Below, piece after piece: positions 48,221 to 59,953 of a stretch of DNA of 64,000 nt. The stretch comes from Gekko japonicus. Lineage: Eukaryota. A model generated the notes under the pieces. The model was not told the origin of the DNA and made no database searches. It saw only the letters and a program-made list of their open reading frames with translations. The DNA is taken from NCBI RefSeq assembly GCF_001447785.1, contig NW_015176458.1:608258-672257 (forward strand), read 5' to 3'. The translations under genes and the position numbers were made by a program. Position 1 is the stretch's first letter. The number at the start of each line of letters is the position of its first letter.

Positions 48221-48340
48221 ACAGCCCACTGATTGTCTTAGGTCACACTAGGCCATCTCTTGAAGGCTCTGAGGTCCCTGTTAGAAGAAATACGCCAATA
48301 GACTGTTAGTATCTTTAAGCAGAAATGTATGTTTGAAGAT

Positions 48341-48391
48341 TGGCCTGATCCAACATTGGCGTCTCTTATGTTCTTATGTTCTTATGTTCTT
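48341..48391 (+). mobile_element. CR1 extreme 3' end
   Basis: TGATCCAACATTGGCGTCTCTTATGTTCTTATG, identical to the end of the 24666 copy. Confidence 0.85.
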
Positions 48392-48409
48392 AAATATGAG
48401 ATCAAATGT

Positions 48410-48520
48410 AGAGTCCCGTGGCACTTTTAAGACCAACAAAGGTTTATTCAAGGTATGAGCTTTCATGTGCAAGGCACACTTTTTCAAATACATTGGAATG
48501 GAAGGTAAGAGTTCAGACTT
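48410..48520 (-). mobile_element. Penelope pseudo-LTR fragment
   Basis: Reverse complement TTGAAAAAGTGTGCCTTGCACATGAAAGCTCATACCTTGAATAAACC. Confidence 0.7.
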
Positions 48521-48644
48521 CTAGACAGAGGCTGACCAAAGCAAATACTGTTAAATATGCAACCCTTTGGCTCATACTGAATACTGAATGGTGCATCCAT
48601 TTCCTTCTTATTCAAAATGCACGATGGCAATTTTGGGCCACTGC

Positions 48645-48863
48645 TAGGGTTGCCAGACTCCAGGTGGGGCCTGGAGAGCTCCCAGAATTACAACTGATCT
48701 CCAGACTGCTGAGGACAGTTTCCCTGGAGAAACCGTCTGCTTTGGAGGGAGGGCTCTCTGGTATTGTACCCTGCTGTGGGCCCTCCCCTCACCAAGCCCC
48801 CCTCACCCCAAACCCCATCTTCCAAGTCTCCAGGGGTTTCCCAACCCAGAGCGGGCAATCTTA
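48645..48863 (+). mobile_element. hAT-type MITE (7441 family)
   Basis: TAGGGTTGCCAG...GGGCAATCTTA; TSD GCCACTGC/GTCACTGC. Confidence 0.85.
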
Positions 48864-50961
48864 GTCACTGCTCAGCTTAACATAAGAGATTTGGCAGGAG
48901 CAGCAGACAGACTCTCGGAGGCTGACAACTGCATGCTGTCTATGTGTGGCTGATGACACCTGGTAACCTTGCAACCAGGAGTGACTTCCTCTTACATAAC
49001 TCTGGCTGTTTGCCACTTAGCATACATTTTCAGAATGCCTACGAAGGAGATCTATTGGTGGGTTTCAGCAAGGTCAGCAGAGTACTCTGAATGCTGTACA
49101 GAGATTGGGCTGTAGGCCAACGCAGCTCCAGAAGTTGTTGACTCTTCAAAACCCTCTCAATCAATGTTCAGAAGAAACCAGAGGGCCCTGAGCTGAGGAA
49201 GTGGGATGTTGTGTTTGTGCTCAAATCGGTGGGCTGTTTCCAACCAGCTTTTCTGTCGATTGAAGCGAAGAACTGATCCTCTTTGCCCCCCCTTTAATAT
49301 TCCCTTTCAGTTGTAGGTCAGGATCCTGCTCTCTGGTTCATACTGTAGAGGGTGGTGTGCTCAAAACAATATTTATTTATTAACAAGGATACACAGGGAT
49401 GATAGCAACTGGTTTCAGAGCAACGGAGCTCATGTAGTCTATTCTTCTGGCTAACAAACAGAAGTTCACCCCATGATACTAAACCAACTCACACAAATAT
49501 CAAAGAGGAAGCAGATGGTTCCATTGTCATGTATACAAAAATATATCTCCCCCCCATCCCAAGGCAAAGCTACGTCTGGGGATCATGGGACATTCGTGGA
49601 GAAAAACCATCTGGGATGGAGACTGTAGTAGTAAAAGAAAATGGACAAGATGGAATGGGGGAAAAAATTGGCTAGATCCAACTTAATAATGCATTGTGGA
49701 GCAACACAGCTAAATTTACTGGGGACATCGGTTACATTACTTGGTTATTCAAAGCCTCTAGGAAAGGTTGAGTCCTTGGGGACTTGGTGGAACCACACAG
49801 AGGCAAACTTGAATAAGGAAGCTCAGTGACTCAGTGCCAAGGGTCTAGCTTATGCCAGGTGAAGGTTCAAACATCAAGGCAAAGTAGGGAGTCAGCCAGA
49901 CAAAGGATATGGAGGACTGCAAGTAGCCCTCCCCCCGGTAAGCAGCATGTTTTAGCAAAAGGACTGTGTTCTATACATTTGTGTAGGTCAAGAAGATGGT
50001 CTCAAGCCTCCCTACTCAATGAGGAGTGGTTCCCTTAAAATGTTGCCACTTTGGTCTGGTCAAATACTCTGCAGGTGTCTATGCTGAGGGAAAATGCATG
50101 AATGTGTGGACTTGGACACTTGGTGAAGTGTCTTCTTGGTTGGCTCAGGGTGATTGCTCAGTTGGTCTGGGCAACTGACTTATGGATCCCTATTGGTCAG
50201 GGTAATTGCTTGTGTTCTTGAGGTCATCATCTTATCATCCTGGCATGGGTCTGCAGTTCCTTCACAGTCCATGAATAATTTGCTTTCATATCTTCAGAGT
50301 CAACCCATGTCGAGAATGGTGATATAATCCCTCTCTGATAAGACATCTAGATCACTAGTTGGGGTCATGATGTTTGTTCAATATTATGTCCAAAACTGCT
50401 CTCTGATTCCCTCTCCAGAACTCTGACACATGCCCCCCCCCCAAACATTAGAAAGTTTCAGCATGCTATTTTGCCAATATCCTTCTCATTTCTACCCTCC
50501 ACCACCCATCAATACTGCTCTCCCCTCCCAGAGAAGAATTTCAGACAAAAACACTACAAAGCATGAGGATGCAAGCAACGAGTATGTGCATATCCTCTCC
50601 TGTGTGGGTTACATCCTAGCTCCTGTAGAAACTAATGTAATTGAGGCTTGATGATACTGATCTTGTTTTTCATCTTTAGTTAAATATATCATTCATTTCC
50701 TTCATTTAGCATTAAGGAAGGTCCACTGAAGTTGCAGCTAGTTTATGGCCTTTAACAAATGGCCTCCTACACATGCCTGATTTAATTAGGAAACAAGGCA
50801 AATTATTTGACCTTAATGGACTTCCTATTCAGAACTGCAGCCTGCGTTTCCACCCCCTCGTCAAGTCAAATCATCAGCCCACTTATTTTCAAGACCGATG
50901 TTTGAAGGGTCATAGAATAGCAAGTAGAGCCATAAAGCACAGCAGGAAAAGTAAATTTAGG

Positions 50962-51236
50962 AGAGAAGATGAGAGATTGGATTTATACCCTGCCATTCAC
51001 TACCTGAAGGAGTTTCAGAGTGGCTTCCTTTCCCTTCCCCTCCCCACAGCAGACACCATGTGAGGTAGGTGCAGTTGAGAGAGCTCTTTCAAGAACTGCT
51101 TGTGAGAGAACAGCTTTGAGAGAACTTGTAACTGGCCCAAGGTCACACCAGCAACTACATTTGGAGTAGTAGGCAATCAAACCCAGTCTTCCCAGGTTAC
51201 AGCCTGTGCTTCTAACCACTATACCAAACTGGCTCG
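50962..51236 (-). mobile_element. Squam3-like SINE
   Basis: Same head and tail as other copies. Confidence 0.85.
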
Positions 51237-51258
51237 CTATGCAAGACAAAAAAAAATG

Positions 51259-51259
<1 letters not shown>

Positions 51260-51329
<70 letters not shown>

Positions 51330-51330
51330 G
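51260..51330. repeat. (GAAA)n microsatellite
   Basis: Direct observation. Confidence 0.95.
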
Positions 51331-53656
51331 AAGGCAAGTGACTGACATACTTTTAGGAATCTCATGGCATCTTAAGGATCACAACTAGCTCTCATTTGTG
51401 GTACAACAGGCTAACACGGCGAGCCCTCTGTAAGACATTTTGGCCTTGCTTCTGTGGGATGTAGTCATGGCTACTAGTTTATTTGGCTTTAGGCAATGTT
51501 ATGGTGCAAAGTTATGGTGGAAAGGTCCATCAAAGGCTATTATCTGTCATGACTAAATGTAACCGCCATGTTCTTGGAACCACTGTGTCCTAAACACCAC
51601 CGCTGGGGTGGTGGGCAACAACACAAAAGCACCACCATTGACAGAATGGATCTTTGGGATCCAACCCTGTTATTTTACTGTTTCTTTCTGTTCTTTCTTG
51701 AGTGTTAACAAACCTCCCTTTTGTTGAATATGTTGATGGTTTCTATTTTCAGCTTTATTTCTGTTTGCATCTTCCAAGTGGCAGAAAACAAAAAGAAAGA
51801 TATACTTAAATACAGCAGTTTGCGATTTTATCTCTTAATGTTTGTAATTGCTGTTTTTATAAACTGGTGCCATTTATTCCATTATGTTGGGGTTAGATTT
51901 ATTTGCAAGGAGAAAATAAAGTGTATTCTCTGACATTATCACCCCATCACCACCAATATATGATGAAGAGAAACCAATGCTGTGCAAAACAATAACATGG
52001 CCTCCATGCAACCATCTACAGGGTTAGTTCCACCCATGTTTTTGTTTTTGTTTTTCTCAATCATGGCCTATCTCCTTCATTGCTATGGTACCCATTATAC
52101 ACAGGTTTTGTCTATGCCGGTCCCATGATCCACAGCATATCCTTTTAAGTAGTCAAAAGGAACTCCATCTTCCCTTCTTCGCTGGGGGAAAAGCTGGTTG
52201 GACCCAGCCCATAATATGCCCATTTCAGCGGAACAGCCAACCCACCCATATCCTGTGCAATCATTCTTCCACTGGTGGAGACCATACTTTGTTCTAAGCA
52301 AAGGAAGTACCAACTTTAGCAGCAGTTAATACATGCACAATCAATTGCTTCTAGTCTCCTTTTCCAAGTCTTTCTCTAATGGAGAATGTTTCTCCAACCA
52401 AGTCTTCTGTGTCAGGGGATGTCTTTCACTGGCGGTGGACAACAAGAGAAGGAGAGTCATAGGATCCAATTTAGTGGGAAGGAATTACAGGAATCTAACC
52501 CTCTGCTATTCCTAATTTTATTTGGAAGGTATCTAAGAGTGCAGTTTTGAACCTTACTGAAACACACCTTCTCCGCTAGAATCTTTCCCCTCCTAGCCTA
52601 CTGAAATCTGATATGGTGTCTTAGACCACATTTTGAAAGAGTAAAAGATGAAGAGCCGCACAGTAGTTGCTTCCTCCTGCCATGTCTTATTCCCCCATGA
52701 GTCAACCAGTGAGCTCTTTAACTCCCTGCCTCCTTTTCCGTGTGCTTAAACAGCCACAGAGAGCCTCCATAGGTATTTGCATTGGTTCCTATGGTGCCAG
52801 GCATCAACAGGCTTTGAAAGCATGCAGCTAACTCTTACACTGAAGGTCCAGCTGAAGGATATGCTCTTCATGCAGCAGGAACCCATTTCCAATTATGCAA
52901 ACTGGTCCTTAGTCACTACCAGTAGAGAGCAACCTAATTACTGTTTGATCCCGTGTTAAATATTGCTACAGCCAGTGATATCTCGTGCATCAAAGAGGTC
53001 TTCCTTTGTTTGGCTGTGTTGACACAGATGGGGCAACACCCACCAGGAATCTCTCCTGCACACACTCCATTAAATAATATGGTAGATGAGCATGAGTCTT
53101 GTCATGCTTCTATTCCTTCGATAAAGCTCCCCCAAAAAATATCCCTCTGGGTTGTGTCTTTTGTCTCCAGTGTCAAAACCTCAGAATCTCTCTCTGTCTA
53201 TCTAATCTCACCTGAACTATTTATGGGATTTTCCTAGCGCTTGTCACTGAAGTGTTTAAACACTGGAGAAAAACAAAGTCTTATGCCTGGTAATTCTTTG
53301 CAACATTCTCTTGCAAGTTTCACAGTCACAAACTCCAGTCCTTACACAGGTACCCTGGGTTGCCTGTCTGCTTTGTATAAGTTAGATACATTTAAATAAC
53401 AGCAGTTCTCCTTTCGCTTGAATGTGGCCTACTGGTGAAGAAGGAGGAGGAGGAGGAGGAAGGTTGGTTTTTATACTCTGCTTTTCTCTTCCTTATGGAG
53501 ACTCAAAGCGGCTTACAATTGCCTTCCCTTATTCCCTACAACAGGTACTTCATGAAGTAGTTGGGGCTGAGAGAGCTCTGAGAAGGGTGACTGGCTTCAT
53601 GTAGAGGAGTGAGGAATCAAACCTGGTCTTACAGATTAGAATCCACTGCTCCTAAC

Positions 53657-54798
53657 CAATGCTCCCTCTAAGCTGTGGAGTCTTGTGAGCAAACATTCTA
53701 CTTTGTAAGCTCCTGGCATTAAAGTTGTGAGAGAGCAATTTGGCTACTGCATGAATCAGTTTGCTCTGGAGCCATCTTTCCTGAGCTGAGACAAGAAGGT
53801 GTGAGCCGGGGGCTAAAAAACTGTGAGCTAGCTCACACTAACTCAGCTTAGGGTGTGTTCACACTGTCCCTTTGATCGGGATTCGCTGCTGTTTCTTCCC
53901 GCATTTTAAGTTTCTGTTTACACGCGCCAATCTGCCTTCCGCATCAAAGCGGGCTCACTCGCGCAATACTCGCGGGTTTTCCTGACCCCGGGAAAATCAA
54001 GTATTTTCCTGGATCTCGCGCTTTTAACGCGCGATTTCACCTATGTGAACAGCCCTCTTTCGCAATGATTGTGAATAGGGCCGTCTGACCACTCTCTGAA
54101 GTTTTTTTTTTTTAAAGCTTCCGGTTTGAGCGCATGGGCAGGCATTCGTTTAAGAAGTCAATTTAAAAAAATAATAATGTCAGTGCTTACAGCATCCATG
54201 GAGGCAGGAACGAGAGGTGGGGCTCCGGCAGCTTGGATGGGAGTGGCAAGCAGGTGGCGGAGATGGTGCCGGAGATGGTGCCGGAGCAGCACGAGTGGCT
54301 CGCACCGCGCACCTTCCTGCTTGGCGCTTGAGTAAACAAGCGCTCATCCTGCTTGGAGAAAAGTCCTGCCTGCCATCCCCCCGGCATGGAGGCGGCATTG
54401 AACGTTTCTGGGGGAGGAAGGGGGTGGGCGGGCTGTCAGGCGAGCGGGCTTTGGCATCCCCCCCCAGGAGTTCCCAAAGCTGCGGCGGCATTAGGAGGGA
54501 GGGAGGGAGCCCCCGGGGGTGGGGAGCGCGCCCAGCTAGCCAGCAGCATCGGGCGGAAAGGAGAACTCTTTCAAAGGTGCCTTTTCCTTTTCTTAAAGGT
54601 GCCTTTTCCTTTCCTTTCCAGCCGGTGGCTGGAAAGTTGCTGGGGGAGGGGAGGTGGGCAGGCGGGGAAGGTGAGCTTGCAGCTCAGGGAGGGATGTGTG
54701 AACATCCCAACTCGGGGGGAAAATATTCCGGTGTTAATTACATTGGGAACAAAGCGCAATTGCCTTGCCGTGTAACCACAGCCTTAGAGGGAGCACTG
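53657..54798. mobile_element. hAT MITE (CA[A/G]TGCTCCCTCTAAG TIR)
   Basis: CAATGCTCCCTCTAAG...CTTAGAGGGAGCACTG; perfect 8-bp TSD CTCCTAAC. Confidence 0.88.
53851..54783. mobile_element. PIF/Harbinger-type non-autonomous element (933 bp, CpG-rich)
   Basis: GGGTGTGTTCACAC...GTGTAACCACAGCC; TTA TSD, inside the right TIR of the hAT MITE. Confidence 0.8.
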
Positions 54799-55854
54799 CT
54801 CCTAACCACTACACCACACTGGCTCCAGGCCAGATCAGACCAGACCAGACCAGACCAGATCAGAATCCAACCCAAAGGCTCCTAAGTGATCACCACAGTA
54901 GATCTATCAGTCACTTGACCTTGAGAATAATACATTCTCTCCTCTGTTGCTCCTTCGGCTTAAGAAAACACATTCAGTTCCACTGTGAATATCCAAACAG
55001 TGAGAAGCTTTTAGGGTTGATTCCCTTTATTGCCTAATAAGTACCAGATGAGTTTCAATGTAATAATGAGGAATGTAGAAAACAATTGAGTTTTTATTGC
55101 TGCACGTACAATCTTGCACCTTTCCATGGAGAAATAGCCTTTGTTCGTGCATATTTCTGGATTGTTCCCCTTTGGAAACTTCTGGGTTAACTACTTGCTA
55201 TCAGCTCAACTGAAATTCTGCTGTAATTGTATGAGTACCAGACTAATATCATTTTTTTTGTCTCCAATAGAAACAAGGCTGGTTTGTTCCCTTACACCCT
55301 TAATATCTCTCACCTCTCCGATTCTTCTTCCTCTTTTGCCATTGTTTTGTACCCTTGGTTCTCCTTTTCATCTTTTTCAGCTTTTATGGGTGCTCCTTGT
55401 TGAGGGATCTGCTCCCCCCCCCTTTGTATTCTGTAAAGCACCATATCTGCTAATGGAACAACATAATACATAAATCATCGTTGGAGCTGAACCAAAACCG
55501 GTCACAGCTTTTAACTAACATTTTCATCCATGCTGCAAAACCCCTCTTGGGTGACTTTTTGACACTCCTTATACCAAAGTGCATGGCCACTGATTTTGCT
55601 TTCGCTTGCCTTCAGGGGTATTCTCATGCTTTCCAGTTTTGATTGGCTACATATTCTTTATCTGTCATCAACATTATCCAATTTCAGTTGGCTGCATAGC
55701 ATCCCTTGTGCAGTATCCCTGACTGAGCAGAGTCACACTTGCATAAGCAAGGTGGAAATTCTGAGGTGGAGGGGCTGGGGGAGAAAAGAGGCAGGGAAAC
55801 ACCAGCAGCTGGGGAGTCAAGGAAATGGGCGGTAAAAAAAGAGGAATATTTAGC

Positions 55855-55940
55855 AGTGCCATCCTAAGAAGAATGAGGCCCCTTTAAGTCCACTAAAGTC
55901 AAATGAATTAGAAAGGTGTAATTCTGTTTAGGACTGCACT
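55855..55940. mobile_element. Short old palindromic DNA-transposon remnant
   Basis: AGTGCCATCCTAA...TTAGGACTGCACT. Confidence 0.55.
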
Positions 55941-55987
55941 GCAAAATATCTATAGCTTTTTCAGGGGGGAAAATGGATTCAACCAAA

Positions 55988-56180
55988 TGAAAAGAGCAAG
56001 AGTCTAGTAGCACCTTAAAGACTAACAAAATATGTAGCAAAGAATGAGCCTCCTTGGGTCACTGCTCACTTCTTCAGACTCACAGAAGATCATACCCTGC
56101 CACATATTTTGTTTTTGAGGTGCTGCTGGACTCTTGCTCTTTTCCACTGCTACAGACAGACCAACACGGCTACCCATCTT
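55988..56180. mobile_element. Inverted pair of Penelope pseudo-LTR fragments
   Basis: GAAAAGAGCAAGAGTCTAGTAGCACC...CACTTCTTCAG (minus strand) then GGTGCTGCTGGACTCTTGCTCTTTTC...AACACGGCTACC (plus strand). Confidence 0.7.
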
Positions 56181-56223
56181 GGTCTTCGACCAAATGAGTT
56201 GGTTTCTATATGAATAGCCCTAG

Positions 56224-56832
56224 TTAGGAATGTCAGTCTCCAGGTGGAACCTGGAGAACCCCCGGAATTACAGCTCATCTCCAGACTACAGAGATCAGTT
56301 CCCGGGGGGCGGGAGAGGATGCTTTGGAGCAGGGGTCCTCAAACTTTTTTAACAGGGGGCCAGTTCACTGTCCCTCAGACCATTGGAGGGCCGGGGTGGG
56401 GTGGGGGCCGGGGGGGGCAGAACTAGCCGACCATCCCACCCCCCCACAAAGCCACACGGCGCGGAACTGAGAAGAGGACCACATCATGTGTTGATTGACT
56501 TGAGCCCTGATTGACTTGGGCCCTGAGTGCGGTGCACATTCCACACATGCGCACTGCGGGCCCAGGACGAGTCGGCTGCTAAGCAGGACAGGCGGCGGCG
56601 GCAAAAACACCCGGCGGGCCGGATAAATGTTTTCGGTGGGCCACATGTGGCCCACGGGCCGTAGTTTGAGGACCCCTGCTTTGGAGGGTGGACTCTATGG
56701 CAAAAAACCCCACTGAGGCTCCTATCCTCCCCAGGCTCCATCCCCAAATCTCTGGGAATTTCCCAAGCTAGATCTGGCAACCCTACCCCCCCCCATACCC
56801 TGCTGATGACCAGGGGGGACCTGGCAACTCTA
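56224..56832 (+). mobile_element. hAT-type MITE (7441 family) split by an OC1-like MITE
   Basis: CTCCAGGTGGAACCTGGAG...TCTGGCAACCCTA, continuous across the insertion. Confidence 0.8.
56330..56678. mobile_element. hAT-Charlie MITE, OC1 (OposCharlie1)-like
   Basis: 16-bp TIR CAGGGGTCCTCAAACT; perfect 8-bp TSD CTTTGGAG; sub-termini match recalled OC1 ends. Confidence 0.8.
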
Positions 56833-58755
56833 GCAGTAGTGATCCCTTTAACCCCAAACCATCCTGTTTCCTTTGGTTTTAGTCTTTAAAAAGACCTGTT
56901 AATGGTCTACTGGGCAATTCTGTCCACTTTAAACTTCATGGTTTAAACAGTTCTTCTAAGCAACCGTTTCACCTGACCTGCGAGGTTTATGTTTACTTCC
57001 CCGCCCATCATCTGCATCCCGCAGCCTCTGTAATGTCTTCTGGCGAGCCAGTTCCAGCTTCCTGACCTCCATCAGTGAACCCATTAACCACAGCTGCTGA
57101 CGCCTTCTACTGCCAGGCCAGAACTTTGGTGCCAAACTGGAAGTGGGAGAGAGGAAGTCCTAAAGAGAAGGTATGCTTTGGTGTGAGAGTAAAACCAAGC
57201 CCCTGAAATTGCTTCTTAGATTTGTGCGGACAAAGGCTGTTTTTTTGCTGTGGCTGTGCTTTCTTCCCCATTTGATGTCCCGTGTAAGCTCAGCTTTGGC
57301 CATGGGTGGCTTGCAGAGAAATGGAACAAGGGAATGCAGCTCCTGCTACTAATTCATTAAAGAACATTGCATTCCCAAACAAAGTTATGTGCAGATGGGC
57401 TCCTCAGGTACAAATGACTTCATGCTTCCTTTCATTGGTAGTCAGGCTGTTAAAAATAATGGAGAAAGTCTGCCAGGGGGAAAAAAGCACAAAGAGAGAC
57501 TCTGATGGAATAGCATTTCCATTTGCATAAGAGGAAGCATTGATTTCTGTTGTTTCCCACCTCGTGCCACATACCCCAGCTTTGCCTTCTAGGCTATTCG
57601 TGAGGATTTAATGACCTCCAGGAACAAAATGTGGGGGGCTCAGTGGACTGGACCGGAAGCAGTACAAAATCTATGTATGATTAGATGCATGTCAACAGAA
57701 CCAGGGATAGAAGGAGTGCAGGGGGCATGAAAAAGACAGAAGGGGACATCAGTGGCAGAACAGAAAGCAAGAATTCAATAGGCCAATGATCTCAGTATGG
57801 CATCTATGGAAACCATGGTAAATTGCTAAGGCCCATTTGCTATTCACCAACAAATCTCTTTCCCAAAGCAAAGCCAGCCCTGGATTTTTTCCATCTCACT
57901 GGAAGTGCTTCAGTAAACTACACCAATTGGAGAAGGCATTTAGGAGCGATCGTGTCAACACCTCAAGCCATTTCTCCATTCCAGAGATCTACTGGGGATT
58001 TGATAGAACTGCTAGGGCATTACCACATGCAACAAATCTCACACAGTCTTGACAATATAGCAATACTGAAGAGGGGCATTTTAGTCAGGTTTGTTGGGTG
58101 ATGACCATGATAACCATCAAGACATAAGGCCTAATCTGATGTTCAGTATTGGCATTCCAGCCACGCATAAAGGGAGAATGTGCTACTTGTGATCATTCCC
58201 AGTACATGTGTTCCATGCATGTATAGCTTTGGTGTCCCTGAAAATGAAGTGCCAGAAACATGCTTACACATACAACTTTCACATTTTCCACACAATATGG
58301 CAACCAAAAATGTCAGGAGGATAGCAGATAATACATGTGGTTGGAGCACCAAAACTGAATGTCCCAACAGAATACAAGAATTATTTAGTTGCAGCGCTGC
58401 ATATATATGCCGAAGGGCCAGCATATATACATGTTGAAAAACACAATAAAAATGCTTACTTGTTCCTTAGATTGAACAACTCTTTATGCAGATGATCTAA
58501 ATAAGACTGAAAGAACAAAGGTTCTTTGGATTGCTGGAAACAATAAGTTTCCCATCCTGATCAGAACACTGGTAGAAGAATGAACCTTGTGAATGCTTCC
58601 ATTCTAAATGTCTAGTTTATAGTGTGTTTCCACACATATTTGAATTTAATTTAGACAATCTAAGCTATTTTTTTAGAAGTGTCCTGTTTTGGCAAAATCT
58701 AACATTGTTCAAAAATGTGTCTTACATATTCTGATTTAAATAGGAATTAGTAAAT

Positions 58756-58944
58756 TGCCATGACCCGGCTACCCCAGGCTAGCCTGATCTCATCATATTT
58801 CGGAAGCTAAGCAGGGTTGGTCCTGATTAGTATTTAGAAGGGTGACCACCAAGCAATACCAGGGCCATGACGTAGAGGAAGGCCATGTTAAACCACCTCT
58901 GAATGTCTCTTGCCTTGAAAACCCCACGGGGTCGCCATAAATCA
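58756..58944 (+). mobile_element. 5S-derived SINE, truncated by the assembly gap
   Basis: TGATCTCATCATATTTCGGAAGCTAAGCAGGG...GGGGTCGCCATAAATC. Confidence 0.85.
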
Positions 58945-59089
58945 NNNNNNNNNNNNNNNNNNNNNNNNNNNNNNNNNNNNNNNNNNNNNNNNNNNNNNNN
59001 NNNNNNNNNNNNNNNNNNNNNNNNNNNNNNNNNNNNNNNNNNNNNNNNNNNNNNNNNNNNNNNNNNNNNNNNNNNNNNNNNNNNNNNNN
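58945..59089. other. Assembly gap (145 N)
   Basis: Run of N. Confidence 1.
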
Positions 59090-59677
59090 ATGCAAATAAT
59101 TGGCTCTAAACAACCCTGGTGAAAAACTGAGCTGAAGAATTCTGGTGAAATTTCTGGGACTCATTTTCTGGGCCCCAAGACCATGCCAATTTACATGTTC
59201 ACCAAGCTTTCTCTGTTTCCAGAGTCCTTTCTCATCCTCATATCTTAAAGTTGTGCTAGCGTCCCCATCATTTTCCCCCTAACTAGCTAGCTTGCTGGCA
59301 GATTCTTATCAAGGGAGTTAATGATGTAGTAAAAAAATCATTGCAAGAAAATATGTTGCTTTTGTAAACACTTTTGACCTGGGAGGAAAGAGGCATGTTT
59401 AAAGCCGTTTCACGTTAAACAAAAGTGAGTGCATAGGGAGTAAACGTGACAAGGAAAAGATGCTATAAAGATTTTATAGCTCCAAGTCTGGGATGATCAT
59501 GTTAGTCAGAACTCAGTAATGCAGATTTTCCAAAACTAATGATTTTCCAAAACTAAACTGCTCCCCAGATGTTCACATACCTGGCTCACGTTCCATGCCG
59601 TAGCATCTTATTGCTTCTAGACCATATTTCTCCCTATTGCAACTCATTGTTAGGGACCCACTATACAAAAACTCTTG

Positions 59678-59953
59678 CAGTTTGGTGTAGTGGTATAGTG
59701 CACGGACTCTAATCTGGGAGAACTGGGTTTGATTCCCCACTCCTCCACTTGCACCTGCTGGATGACCTTGGGCAAGCCATAGTTCTGTCAGAGGTGTTCT
59801 TGAAAAACAGCAGTTTCTGTCAGAACTCTCTCAGCCCCAACTACCTCACAGGGTGTCTGTTGTGGGGAGGGGAAGGGAAAGGAGTTTGTAAGCCACTCTC
59901 AGACTCCCTTGGGTAGTGAAGGGTGGGGTATAAATCCAATCTCCTCCTTCCTC
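59678..59953 (+). mobile_element. Squam3-like SINE
   Basis: CAGTTTGGTGTAGTGG (box A), GGTTTGATTCCCC (box B), GGGGTATAAATCCAATCTCC tail. Confidence 0.88.

Larger units (their letters stand above)
53437..54825 (-). mobile_element. Squam3-like SINE split by nested DNA transposons
   Basis: Body 53437-53656; head remainder CACTACACCACACTGGCTC at 54807-54825. Confidence 0.8.

Noticed and set aside
54217-54885. 222-aa ORF and apparent CpG island
   Set aside because: Lies in a GC-rich Harbinger-type element and crosses TE boundaries; stop-poor by composition, not a host gene or promoter
58793-59164. ORFs spanning the N run
   Set aside because: Artefacts of the assembly gap
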